From: a virus
Length of the DNA: 64,000 bases
Reading direction: 5' to 3' (one strand)
IMG/VR virus record: IMGVR_UViG_3300037808_001962
Span: 5,257 to 69,256 of that record
The notes under the pieces are model-generated. The model worked only from the letters and a program-made list of their open reading frames with translations. It was not told the origin of the DNA and searched no databases. Shown here piece after piece: positions 9,247 to 18,744 of this stretch. How positions within the stretch are numbered: position 1 is the stretch's first letter; each line of letters opens with the position of its first letter. Made by a program: the position numbers and the translations under genes.

Positions 9247-10203
9247 ATGCCTGCTTATAGTACTAAAACAGCTGATTTGCTAGATAATATTAAGGCAGCA
9301 ATAAAGACTGAGGTTACTCCTCATGGAGAATTGAGTAGCGTTAAGCAAGTTAGGGTTGGTTCTGTAAGAAATCCAGCAGCATTTCCTTTTATTACTATTA
9401 TACCTATTGAAGAAAGGAATAGGGGCATACAAAATGGTAATATGATTAATGTTAGAAAGATAAGAATTGAGGTTTATGCTAATAAAGCTAAATCAAAAGA
9501 TTCTATGCGGGCGGTTATGGGTATGATTGAACAAGTAAAAAATATCTTTAAATTAGATTCCTCTTATTGGCAAATTCCCCCTGATGCAGATATAGATAGT
9601 GATCCCACAGTTTATGATCTACAAATTAATAGTATTGGGTCAAGTGATAAATCAATACCTTTTAGAAATGGATTTATTCATTCAGCTTCTATGGAAATTG
9701 ATTGTTATAGTAAAGACTTATTAAATCCTGAGGTTGATGGGACTAGTTCTAATTCTATTATTGAGACTGATGCTAAAACTTTAATTGATACTATAACTAA
9801 TACATATAAGGGGTATAAGACTGGAGCTAATGCAGTATTATCTAGTACTAAAGGATTTAAGAGCTTTACTCTTCCTCCTTCACCCCATTACCCTATTATT
9901 TTTGTAGGAATTGAGGGAGAAAGTAGGGACCATACTTTTACAGGAAAAGATGTTATTAGTAGATCAATAAGTATTAATATTATAACGCAGATGGGATCTA
10001 AAGAGGAGAGCTTGAGAAAGAATTTATTGATTGCTGATTATTGCAGACAAATCTTATTAGCAAATAGAGATTTTGGTGGACGGGTTGTTCATTATGATTA
10101 TGATGGAATTTTATTTGGTCAATTAACGGGAGACAATGGGAAATTATTGTATGGAAGTTCTCTTAAGTTTACTGCCCAAAATTATGAAACCATGTTAAAT
10201 TAA
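9247..10203 (+). CDS. Probable tail terminator/completion protein with two tandem domains
   Basis: Two similar halves (FPFITIIPIEE...RKIRIEVY and YPIIFVGIEGE...RSISINII); lies before the tube gene; SD AGGAGG. Confidence 0.55.
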   Translation: MPAYSTKTADLLDNIKAAIKTEVTPHGELSSVKQVRVGSVRNPAAFPFITIIPIEERNRGIQNGNMINVRKIRIEVYANKAKSKDSMRAVMGMIEQVKNIFKLDSSYWQIPPDADIDSDPTVYDLQINSIGSSDKSIPFRNGFIHSASMEIDCYSKDLLNPEVDGTSSNSIIETDAKTLIDTITNTYKGYKTGANAVLSSTKGFKSFTLPPSPHYPIIFVGIEGESRDHTFTGKDVISRSISINIITQMGSKEESLRKNLLIADYCRQILLANRDFGGRVVHYDYDGILFGQLTGDNGKLLYGSSLKFTAQNYETMLN

Positions 10204-10214
10204 AGGAGAGGATC

Positions 10215-10484
10215 ATGGCTAAAATAAAAACAGAATACTTGAAAGCCCGATTTGGGCCAGAAAGAAAAAAACTGGGATTATTACGTTCTAGTTTAATGGC
10301 AGGCGGAGAAACTATAGTTCCCGATGAACTTGTTTATATACTAGAAAAAGGTACTTATACAAAAATTAGAGAAAAAAAGGTAGAGACTCCTAAGAAGGAG
10401 ATCAAAAAGCCGAAAAAAACTAAAAAAATAAATAAAGAAGAAAAGGTATCCCTTGAAGACCTAAACCCTTCTTACATTAAATAA
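10215..10484 (+). CDS. Small lysine-rich virion-module protein
   Basis: 89 aa, SD AAGGAG, K-rich C-terminus. Confidence 0.6.
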   Translation: MAKIKTEYLKARFGPERKKLGLLRSSLMAGGETIVPDELVYILEKGTYTKIREKKVETPKKEIKKPKKTKKINKEEKVSLEDLNPSYIK

Positions 10485-10499
10485 AGGAGAGAGTTAATT

Positions 10500-11918
10500 A
10501 TGGCTACTCGTACAATATGGCAAGATCTTTACGGATTTGAGTTAGATCTTGGCCAATCTTCCCTTTCAACTCACGTTGCTACATGGCCAGGCTTTGTAAC
10601 GGCAACTGATATAGGGATTCAAGGATTAGGATCAGGAGCGGGTAAGTTTGCTTTACCCCTGACGGATCATCCAAATTTCAAATCACCTAGTGCTACAGTA
10701 GATACTGAAGAGGCTAGAGGAATGTCACCTCGACATAATAATGAATTTAATGTAGCAGCTTCTGGAGAACCCATTGAATTTACAATACCTATGTTAGGTA
10801 ATGCATATAATGTGGGCTCAATGATTGCATTATTGTTCCAAAATGGGGCAGTGGAGTCTTCACCTACGGGTCAAACCAGTATGCATGCAATAACGGGTTC
10901 ACCTTATACTTCGGCTGATTGTGATAATTATGCATACTTTACTCGCTCACTTCAACCCGGTACGGCTACTGAGGATGTGGACCTGGTAGTAAAAGGAGCA
11001 ATTTGCTCCGCTTTAACTCTTTCAGGGGAAGCGGGAGGCTTATTGACTATTGAGCCTACAATTCAAGCAGCTAAATGGGATCAAGCTTGTTTAGGGTCGG
11101 GTACACTTAGCTCTACTGTTACAATTACTTCGGGAGGAACGGGTTATACTAGCGGTAATCTTGTAATATCAGGCGGCGGCGGAACAGGAATGGCTGGAAC
11201 CTTTGTTGCGGTTGCGGGAGTAATTACTGAAGTAACCATTTCAAGTCTGGGTTCAGGGTATACTTCTTTACCCACTATTGACGGGGATGCAGGAGGAAAC
11301 GCAGATGCAACTCTTACTCCTAGTTTTACAATTCCTGCAGGATTAACCACTAACCTAAGTGGGAGTTTTGCTGATATAACTCCTCTTAAATTTCAGGATT
11401 CTACTATTGGTATTGAGTATAGTACGGGAAATTGGGCAGATATTTTTGTTCCCAGTATCTCAGTTACAGTCGGTACTAATCCTATGTTCAACTTCTATAA
11501 TGATGATGCAGCTTCATCTATCCATCTAGGGAGATTGACAGTAGAGGGTAGTTTAACCTTCCCTTGGAATCCTGGAGATACTAATGTGGATAAAAACTGG
11601 ATTGTTAATAAATTCCTTAATGGGGTTCCTTTCCGATTAGCCTGGTATTGGGGTAAAACCTCAGGAGCAGTTAATGTTGGAACTGATGCTGATTTTGCGG
11701 GTGGAACAATACTAGATAGGTATAAGAATGATTCAGCCGCTACAAACCCTAAGAGTTTTGTTTCAGTAATTATGAATGTTAAAGTTACTGATTATGAAAT
11801 TTCAGGAGATAATGAGCTACAGATTGAAGCTACTTTACAAGGTGTTAGCGATGATACTAATGAAGCAGTTATAATAAGAGCTATGTATGCTGATACTTTA
11901 TACAACTTATCTGCATAG
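10500..11918 (+). CDS. Major tail tube protein with Gly-rich inserted domain
   Basis: Position before chaperone and tape measure; tube-like beta strands (GRLTVEGSLTF); internal GGTGYTSG...GSGYTS insert. Confidence 0.75.
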   Translation: MATRTIWQDLYGFELDLGQSSLSTHVATWPGFVTATDIGIQGLGSGAGKFALPLTDHPNFKSPSATVDTEEARGMSPRHNNEFNVAASGEPIEFTIPMLGNAYNVGSMIALLFQNGAVESSPTGQTSMHAITGSPYTSADCDNYAYFTRSLQPGTATEDVDLVVKGAICSALTLSGEAGGLLTIEPTIQAAKWDQACLGSGTLSSTVTITSGGTGYTSGNLVISGGGGTGMAGTFVAVAGVITEVTISSLGSGYTSLPTIDGDAGGNADATLTPSFTIPAGLTTNLSGSFADITPLKFQDSTIGIEYSTGNWADIFVPSISVTVGTNPMFNFYNDDAASSIHLGRLTVEGSLTFPWNPGDTNVDKNWIVNKFLNGVPFRLAWYWGKTSGAVNVGTDADFAGGTILDRYKNDSAATNPKSFVSVIMNVKVTDYEISGDNELQIEATLQGVSDDTNEAVIIRAMYADTLYNLSA

Positions 11919-11928
11919 GATTGAAAAG

Positions 11929-11980
11929 AATGTAACCTATACTCCGGTACTTTATTTTAAGGTACCGGGTTGGGTGCATT
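11929..11980 (+). other. Long RNA hairpin after the tail tube gene
   Basis: CCGGTAC (11944-11950) pairs with GTACCGG (11962-11968), extendable imperfectly to AATG/CATT; no clear U-tract. Confidence 0.55.
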
Positions 11981-12044
11981 ACGTAATAAAAACAAAAAAG
12001 AGGTACCCTACTAAGGGGCACTCACAGAAAAAGGAAACAAACTA

Positions 12045-12512
12045 ATGGCTATACAAGGAGTATCAAGACAAGCAGTACCTTTCATTCCTGAAGAAGAAAG
12101 AATGGTAAAGGAAAATCAAACTGTTATCTGGATCAAACCAAAAACAGGTCACCAAGCTAATGTTACTATGTCACGCTATGCTTCAGCAGGTAGAGATGGG
12201 CGCAAAGGCTATAGAGAACTCAATGTTACTAAATTAGATAATGCAGATTTGCAGGAATTTATTGATATTGTAGTTAAATGGGAAAATTATTATTTTTCAG
12301 ACCAATTCCCGGATTTACAAAAACAGGGCTTATTTAAAGAAGTTGAAGATGAACCTACTTTAAGGAAGATTGCTATGGACCTTTCAGCTGATCTTTTAGT
12401 TGAGATTATGGAAGCAGCTAATAATCTTTCAATACTTAAAGCGGGGGAGAAAAAAAAATCCAACTCCTTACCTACTTTAGCCTCTGGAAAAGCGAACGTC
12501 GGGAAAGAGTAA
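12045..12512 (+). CDS. Tail assembly chaperone (gpG-like)
   Basis: Between tube and tape measure; A9 slippery run near the 3' end. Confidence 0.8.
   Translation: MAIQGVSRQAVPFIPEEERMVKENQTVIWIKPKTGHQANVTMSRYASAGRDGRKGYRELNVTKLDNADLQEFIDIVVKWENYYFSDQFPDLQKQGLFKEVEDEPTLRKIAMDLSADLLVEIMEAANNLSILKAGEKKKSNSLPTLASGKANVGKE
12450..12458 (+). other. Programmed -1 ribosomal frameshift site (A AAA AAA)
   Basis: GAG AAA AAA AAA TCC; the -1 frame is open (IQLLTYFSLWKSERRERVNYYDCDYCITNK) and continues into the ORF at 12548. Confidence 0.8.
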
Positions 12513-13060
12513 ACTACTATGATTGCGATTATTGCATTACAAACAAGATGTATGAAGGACGAGCTTGCTACTTAAAAACATGGCCGGGACAGGATGAATA
12601 TAAACTTGATAAACCTATATTTGCAGAGGAAGCACCCTCTCAATCACCTATAGCTTTTGAAAGCCGGGATATGTCTTTACACGATCTATTTGATGAATTA
12701 GACTATATTGAAGAGGTATTCCCGGATATTCCTCCTTTTGAGGCTTTAAGGCTTTATTTTACAGCCCCTAAGGAGGTCTGCCCTACTTCAATGATTGACC
12801 CTTATTTAATGTATTTGATGGAAGCGGAACAAGCTTCAAGAGAATACCATACTCTACCCTTTGAAGGAGGCCTATGGGATCAACCTCGGGCTTTATTGGA
12901 CATTTTTGGGGCAATAAGAACAGAACGTAATCATTATGAAAGAATTAGGTTTGAAAAGATGCAGAAAAAAGCTAAGAATAAAAATTCAGGACCTAGTACC
13001 GCAGGATCAATTATGAATTCTACTAATACTAATTTACCTCCTAGACAAAGGAATCTATAG
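12458..13060 (+). CDS. gpT-like frameshift extension of the tail chaperone
   Basis: Open in the -1 frame from the slip site; LPFEGGLWDQP motif typical of gpT-like segments. Confidence 0.75.
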   Translation: MQLLTYFSLWKSERRERVNYYDCDYCITNKMYEGRACYLKTWPGQDEYKLDKPIFAEEAPSQSPIAFESRDMSLHDLFDELDYIEEVFPDIPPFEALRLYFTAPKEVCPTSMIDPYLMYLMEAEQASREYHTLPFEGGLWDQPRALLDIFGAIRTERNHYERIRFEKMQKKAKNKNSGPSTAGSIMNSTNTNLPPRQRNL

Positions 13061-13734
13061 TGCCAGGTATAAAATTCACAATAGGTAATAGTAATACCCC
13101 TCATTCACCTGCAGCTGCTTTTACTATATTAGCTGACCAAATAGAAAGCGTAAAAGAGAAATTAGGCGGTCATTTAAGTGAGCCTTTTACTGAAATTGCT
13201 GAATATTTAGTAGGAGCTATTCAAGACCGATTTGATGCAGGTCATTTTAATGATAATTATAGATCCTCAATTACTAATCAAGTAAGACAAGCAAAAGGTC
13301 AAGACCCAGATGGGAATACTCTAGTAGCTTCAGGAAGATTGAAAAAAAGTATTAAACCGGTTTTTACAGGAAGAAAAAATGAGGATGGGGGAAATAGAAT
13401 AGTAAATATTCTAAGGATTGGATCGGTAGGAACTCCTTATGCAAGAGTACACCTAGAGGGAGGTACTTGGGAGGTTCCTGGATTTAGAGCCCCTAATAGA
13501 AAAGACGGGGCTGAGGGTTGGTTTTATCCAGATATGGATAGTATAGAAGGAACAAAAATTAGAAACCAAGCTTTTTATGGTAAAAAATGGAAAAATATTC
13601 AAGGATATGGAAGAGAGACATATTCTATGGATGTTCCTTCTAGAGAATTTTTAGGCTTTACAGACGAAGACAATAAAATGATTAATAGTATTTTAGTTAA
13701 ATTCCTTAACCGAAGTGATATAATCCCTTTTTAG
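13060..13734 (+). CDS. Phage virion morphogenesis protein (Mu gpG / P2 gpS-like)
   Basis: LVASGRLKKSI, GTPYARVHLEGG, VPSREFLG. Confidence 0.8.
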   Translation: MPGIKFTIGNSNTPHSPAAAFTILADQIESVKEKLGGHLSEPFTEIAEYLVGAIQDRFDAGHFNDNYRSSITNQVRQAKGQDPDGNTLVASGRLKKSIKPVFTGRKNEDGGNRIVNILRIGSVGTPYARVHLEGGTWEVPGFRAPNRKDGAEGWFYPDMDSIEGTKIRNQAFYGKKWKNIQGYGRETYSMDVPSREFLGFTDEDNKMINSILVKFLNRSDIIPF

Positions 13735-13745
13735 GGGGGTAAATT

Positions 13746-16700
13746 ATGCCAGGCGGTAGAATGCAAAATAGGTTTCAAATGCTAATTGATGTAGCATTGC
13801 AAGGGGATAAAAAACTTCAAGGTTTAGCCTCCAAAGCAAAAGCAGCTGCAATTGATATTCAAGGCATGAGTAATACTTTAAAAGATACGGGAATAAATTT
13901 AGAAGAAGCAAAAATTAAAATAACCAGTTGGAGTAAATCTTTAAAGGGTTTAAAGACTCAAGTTGATGCTACTAATAAAGCTAAGGTTGCTTTATTAAAG
14001 GCAGAAAAAGGGATAGGAAAGGCGGCAGCTGCGGGTGAAGTACGTATAGGCGAGTTAGAAAGATCATATAAGAAATTGACTGTTTCTAGAAAAGCGGGTT
14101 TATCTGAACTTAAAAAGTCAACTGCTCAAAATACTAAAAACAAGGTTGCTCTAAAAGAATTATCCGCTACTCTCAAAGAGGCAAAAGCTAATATTGAAAT
14201 GTATGCAACTAGTACTTCTAAAAGTGCTATTAATACTAAAAAATTAAAACAGACTCAAATTGAATTAGATAAAGTTCAAAAACAATTTAATTCAGCTCAA
14301 GGTAAAGCGGTTGAGTCTACTGAAAGATTAGCTACCGCTAGAAGAAAATTACGAGGGGATACAAGTAAACTAGAAACTGCAGAAAGGAAGGCGGCAAATT
14401 TTCCTAAAAAACATAAGGCAAATTTAGAGGAACTAGTGGATAGTGTTAAAAAAGTCGAAATAGCTTTTGATAAAGAAAGACAGGCTTTAAATAAACTAGA
14501 TAAAGAACTATCCAAGGGCGGTAAATCTTTAAAAACCTATAATAGGTCTACTAAAACCTGGTCGGTTAATCAACAAAGGATAATAAAGTTAAAGGGAGCA
14601 GCAACTACCGCTACTAAAGCTTTAAGTGCAGAAATAACTAGGGCGACTAAGGCTGAAAGACAGGCTAATAAAGGGCACTCTAAAACTATAAGTAAATTGA
14701 ATAATATGGAAAAAGCTACGGCTAGAGCTGCTAAAAGATTTAATGAATGGCATGATCAAAGAATTGGCCACGGACATGGTTTAACCCTATTTAGAAGAAG
14801 TTTAGGGGCTTTAAGGAATCAATTATTAGTTATAGCTTTTGCTACTAGAGGACTAAGAATTGCTTTTAATAAAGCATTTACTGCTTCTCAGCAAATGGAA
14901 TCAGCCCTAAGAGGTTTAGGTAGTGTTGCTAGTAATACAGGGGCAGGTATGCTAGCCGCTAAAGAGTCCGCTAAACAATTAGCTAAATCAGGATTATTGT
15001 CAGTAAGCGAAGCAGCAGCGGGATTAAAGAATTTGCTCTCCGCTGGGTTCGGATTACCTCAAGCAACAAAAATGATGAATACCTTAACTGATTCAGCCGC
15101 TTTTAATAGACAAGGTACTTTAGCTTTAGGAGAAGCAATTGTTGGAGCTACACAAGGTATCAAAAATCAAAATTCAATAATGGTAGATAATGCGGGTATT
15201 ACTAAAAATCTATCAGTTATGTATAAAGAATATGCGACCTCTATTGGGACTACAATGGGTAAATTAGGTGAGGGAGGTAAACGTCAAGCTATATTTAATG
15301 GATTAATGAAGGAGGGGGCTATATTTGCTGGTGATGCTTCAAAAGTTTTAAATACTATGGTAGGTACATTAGCTAAATACAAAGTGGTAGTATTTAATGC
15401 AGCTGCCGCAGCGGGGGATATTCTAAGACCCGCTATGCAAGAATTGATTAAAACCTTTGCTGATGGGGCTAAATCTATGGAAGATTATTTTAAAGATCCC
15501 GAAAGGAAAACTAAATTACTAAGGAATTTAGCCGATGCGGGTAAAAGTCTTTCAACTTGGATTAAAAGAGTTACAAAGGTTTTATTATTCTTAATGAAAC
15601 CCATAGGCTGGTTGAATGATCATTTACCGGGACTTCTTAAATATTGGTTGCTTTGGAAAATAGGTATGAAGGTTGTAACAAAAGCTGCTCTATCTAATAG
15701 GGATGCTATGGATGGTATATCTAAATCATTGGGCACTTATTCTAGAAAAATGGTTCAAGTTAATGGACAGAATGAAGTAGTTCACATGCAAATGGGTAAA
15801 CAAGTAGGTACATGGAAACAATTAAAAATCAATGTTGATAGATATAAGGTTCAACTAGATAAAATGTTTAAGGCTAATAATAAAGCCGCTTTTAGTATTA
15901 AATTATTTAATAAACAGATACACTTAGGTACTCCTAAATTCTTTAGGGCAACTATGGGTATTAGGGCTTGGTCACTGGCGGTTAAAAAAGCCGGAGGAAT
16001 AGCTAGAATAGCTGGTACTATTATTAAGGGTTTAGGAAAGACTATAGGCTGGATGGCAGTAGGGGTGATAGCCTTAGAGGCGGTATTTAAAGGTGTATCG
16101 GCACTTGTTAGATGGTTCTCGGGGGCAGCCCAAAAAGAATTAGCAAAAGCAGCTAAAGAAATGGATAAATCTTTTAATAAAATACAGAAATCTCATAATA
16201 AACTTATTAAATCAGTAGAAACCTCCAGTAAGAGGGTTAGTATAATAGGGATAGATACCACTGATTTAAAAAAGGCTGAAGGTTTACTTAAACAAGGAAT
16301 GGGCACTATTGCCGCTCTTGTTAGACAACATAATGCAACTTTGAACACCTCTAAAAGAGAGGCCTTAGCTGATGAGATTTCTGAATTAAGAGAAGCCCAA
16401 GAGCTAAAGGTTGAAGCAGTAAAATCTGCTCATAGAAATATTTTAGCCCTTGAAACTGAATTTAGAGGGAAGATAGCTGCAATACAGAATAAGGGTGAAC
16501 AAGCTTTTAATGATTTTATTAAAGCATCAGGAGTTTCTAAAATAGCTGATGCTAGAGCTAGTTTAGATGAAGCTTTACAGTTACAGGCTTGGTTTAACGT
16601 TAATAAATCAAAAATAGAAAATGAGGATAAAGAGCTAGCTCTTAGGTTAACGAAGCAGTTTAATAATCAAAAGTTTGGAATAATTAAAACTGCAGAAGAT

Positions 16701-18740
16701 ACTTTAGCTCGAGAAAGGGCTAAAGTATCTAAAGATACTGCTAATACTAAAGAGAGGATTGAAAAGAAAATTAATGCTTTAATCATCAAAGGTCAAGACA
16801 ATGCAGCGGATATTGTGGAAGCAAGATATAAATTATTAAAGGAAAATATTATAAAAGAGCTTGATATTTTAAAAACTAGAATGACCAAAGAAGCAGAGGC
16901 TTATGCTAGTCTTATGAAAAGGATTGAGAGTCAATCTACTATCTCTTTTAAAGCTTCGGCATCAGAGGGTGGAAAAGATACAGGACTTCCCTCAATGGAA
17001 AAACCTGCTCCTAAAAAACCAATGCCTATACACCCTATAATAAACTGGGGACAACGAGAACTTACTGATTATAATGCGGATATAGATGCTCTAAAGACTA
17101 GCCTACCTATAAGTCAATCAGCCGTTGAGAAGTTTTACGCTAGTATGGGTGTGGCCCCTGACGTGAGAAAGGGGACTATCATGATGGCTGATTATGAAAA
17201 AGCTATAAAGGATATTAAAGTTAGTATGACTGAAATGGGTAAATCAGGTAGTAATACAGAGGGCCTTAATACATTTCTTGTAAAATTAAAGGGTGTAAGA
17301 GATATGGCAACTATGATGGGGAAAGAGGCAGTTGGTTTATCGGATGATAATAAGGCTATTGCTAATCAACATGTTGCTACATTAGATGGGGTAATAGCTA
17401 AAACTGAAAGTCTTATTCAATCTAAGGCTAATGCTAAATTAGCAGAGGGAGAATTAGTAACAGCTACAACGGCCGCTAATACTGCTTATAATACCCAAAA
17501 AGATACATTAGAGGGTTTAGCCGCAGAGGCTGAAAGACATGAAAAAGTCTTAATCAGAGTCAAGGAGGCACTTAGAGATACTAATATCTTATTTCAGAAA
17601 AGAAGAGTAAAAGATGAAGCAGATCAATTTAAAATGGCCTCCAATGCCGCCGGGATATATGTGTTAGCCCAAGCAAAAGTAAAAGAATCATTATATGATA
17701 CAACAAAAGCTGCTTTAAAATTTACCGATAAACTTAAGGGTTCTACCGAAATGCAAATTCAGCATGCTATTGCCCTTAAGAAGCTTAAATCTGATCAGTC
17801 CCTTAAGCTGGAAGAAGAAATAATGAAACATGAAAGAGTGCTTCAGTCTATAACAGAACTTAAAGACGCAAAAGCTGAGTTACAAAAAGCGCCAGCATCA
17901 GCAACTGAGGCTGAATTATTAGCTTTAGATCAAAAAATAGAAAAATTAAACACAGAAGCAGCTGCGATTGATAAAGTAACTGATGCATTAGTAAAAAAAC
18001 ATGGGGTAGATCTAGCAGCTCTTGAATCTCAACAGGCTGCAGCTCAGCTAGAAAAGGAGGGGGCTGCTTGGGCAAAATATGCTAATATGGTAGGAAATTC
18101 AGTAGCAAATTATAGTACTACTATGGGCTCTATGGCTTTAAAACAAAAGAAGTATTTTGCTGATCTAGATAGACAACAGGAAGACCAGACTATCAATGAG
18201 GCCCAGAATCAGAAATTACGGGCAGCATATAATAAATTAGCTAATGCTGAAAGAGAGTTTGAACAAAAGAAAGCATTAGGGGTTTTGGCTAAACAAATAA
18301 TAATGGAAATGGCCTTGTGGGCAGCGGCTGATCTAGCTAAAAGACTTGGAGCAGTTGGGGCAATAGCAGGAGCAGCACTTATAGGGGCGGCGGGGGTTGC
18401 GGGGACGAAACTTCAACATGCCATATCTGATGGGGCTGAATTAAAACGTGATGCAGCTAAAGCTGAATTTGATAAAAAAGAAGCCGAAATTTTGGGAACG
18501 GGTGACGATGCGGTTACTGAATCAGAGGTAGGAGCACGTAAATTAGGGGGTACAATAAAGGCTGAACAATTATCGGTCTCTATATCTCCTACTATTGTAA
18601 TAAGTGGGGAATCAATTTTTATAGGACAAGGGAGTGTAAGTGAATTTGGAGCAGAATTAAGAGCTATAATCTTAGACTCAACTACTCAGGCTATTGAAAA
18701 TGGGGAAATTGATTTAAGTGCAGTGGCAGGATTAGGATAG
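13746..18740 (+). CDS. Tape measure protein
   Basis: 1664 aa, Ala/Lys-rich helical; GIKNQNSIMVDNAGI core; hydrophobic segments; follows the chaperones. Confidence 0.92.
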   Translation: MPGGRMQNRFQMLIDVALQGDKKLQGLASKAKAAAIDIQGMSNTLKDTGINLEEAKIKITSWSKSLKGLKTQVDATNKAKVALLKAEKGIGKAAAAGEVRIGELERSYKKLTVSRKAGLSELKKSTAQNTKNKVALKELSATLKEAKANIEMYATSTSKSAINTKKLKQTQIELDKVQKQFNSAQGKAVESTERLATARRKLRGDTSKLETAERKAANFPKKHKANLEELVDSVKKVEIAFDKERQALNKLDKELSKGGKSLKTYNRSTKTWSVNQQRIIKLKGAATTATKALSAEITRATKAERQANKGHSKTISKLNNMEKATARAAKRFNEWHDQRIGHGHGLTLFRRSLGALRNQLLVIAFATRGLRIAFNKAFTASQQMESALRGLGSVASNTGAGMLAAKESAKQLAKSGLLSVSEAAAGLKNLLSAGFGLPQATKMMNTLTDSAAFNRQGTLALGEAIVGATQGIKNQNSIMVDNAGITKNLSVMYKEYATSIGTTMGKLGEGGKRQAIFNGLMKEGAIFAGDASKVLNTMVGTLAKYKVVVFNAAAAAGDILRPAMQELIKTFADGAKSMEDYFKDPERKTKLLRNLADAGKSLSTWIKRVTKVLLFLMKPIGWLNDHLPGLLKYWLLWKIGMKVVTKAALSNRDAMDGISKSLGTYSRKMVQVNGQNEVVHMQMGKQVGTWKQLKINVDRYKVQLDKMFKANNKAAFSIKLFNKQIHLGTPKFFRATMGIRAWSLAVKKAGGIARIAGTIIKGLGKTIGWMAVGVIALEAVFKGVSALVRWFSGAAQKELAKAAKEMDKSFNKIQKSHNKLIKSVETSSKRVSIIGIDTTDLKKAEGLLKQGMGTIAALVRQHNATLNTSKREALADEISELREAQELKVEAVKSAHRNILALETEFRGKIAAIQNKGEQAFNDFIKASGVSKIADARASLDEALQLQAWFNVNKSKIENEDKELALRLTKQFNNQKFGIIKTAEDTLARERAKVSKDTANTKERIEKKINALIIKGQDNAADIVEARYKLLKENIIKELDILKTRMTKEAEAYASLMKRIESQSTISFKASASEGGKDTGLPSMEKPAPKKPMPIHPIINWGQRELTDYNADIDALKTSLPISQSAVEKFYASMGVAPDVRKGTIMMADYEKAIKDIKVSMTEMGKSGSNTEGLNTFLVKLKGVRDMATMMGKEAVGLSDDNKAIANQHVATLDGVIAKTESLIQSKANAKLAEGELVTATTAANTAYNTQKDTLEGLAAEAERHEKVLIRVKEALRDTNILFQKRRVKDEADQFKMASNAAGIYVLAQAKVKESLYDTTKAALKFTDKLKGSTEMQIQHAIALKKLKSDQSLKLEEEIMKHERVLQSITELKDAKAELQKAPASATEAELLALDQKIEKLNTEAAAIDKVTDALVKKHGVDLAALESQQAAAQLEKEGAAWAKYANMVGNSVANYSTTMGSMALKQKKYFADLDRQQEDQTINEAQNQKLRAAYNKLANAEREFEQKKALGVLAKQIIMEMALWAAADLAKRLGAVGAIAGAALIGAAGVAGTKLQHAISDGAELKRDAAKAEFDKKEAEILGTGDDAVTESEVGARKLGGTIKAEQLSVSISPTIVISGESIFIGQGSVSEFGAELRAIILDSTTQAIENGEIDLSAVAGLG

Positions 18741-18744
18741 AAAT

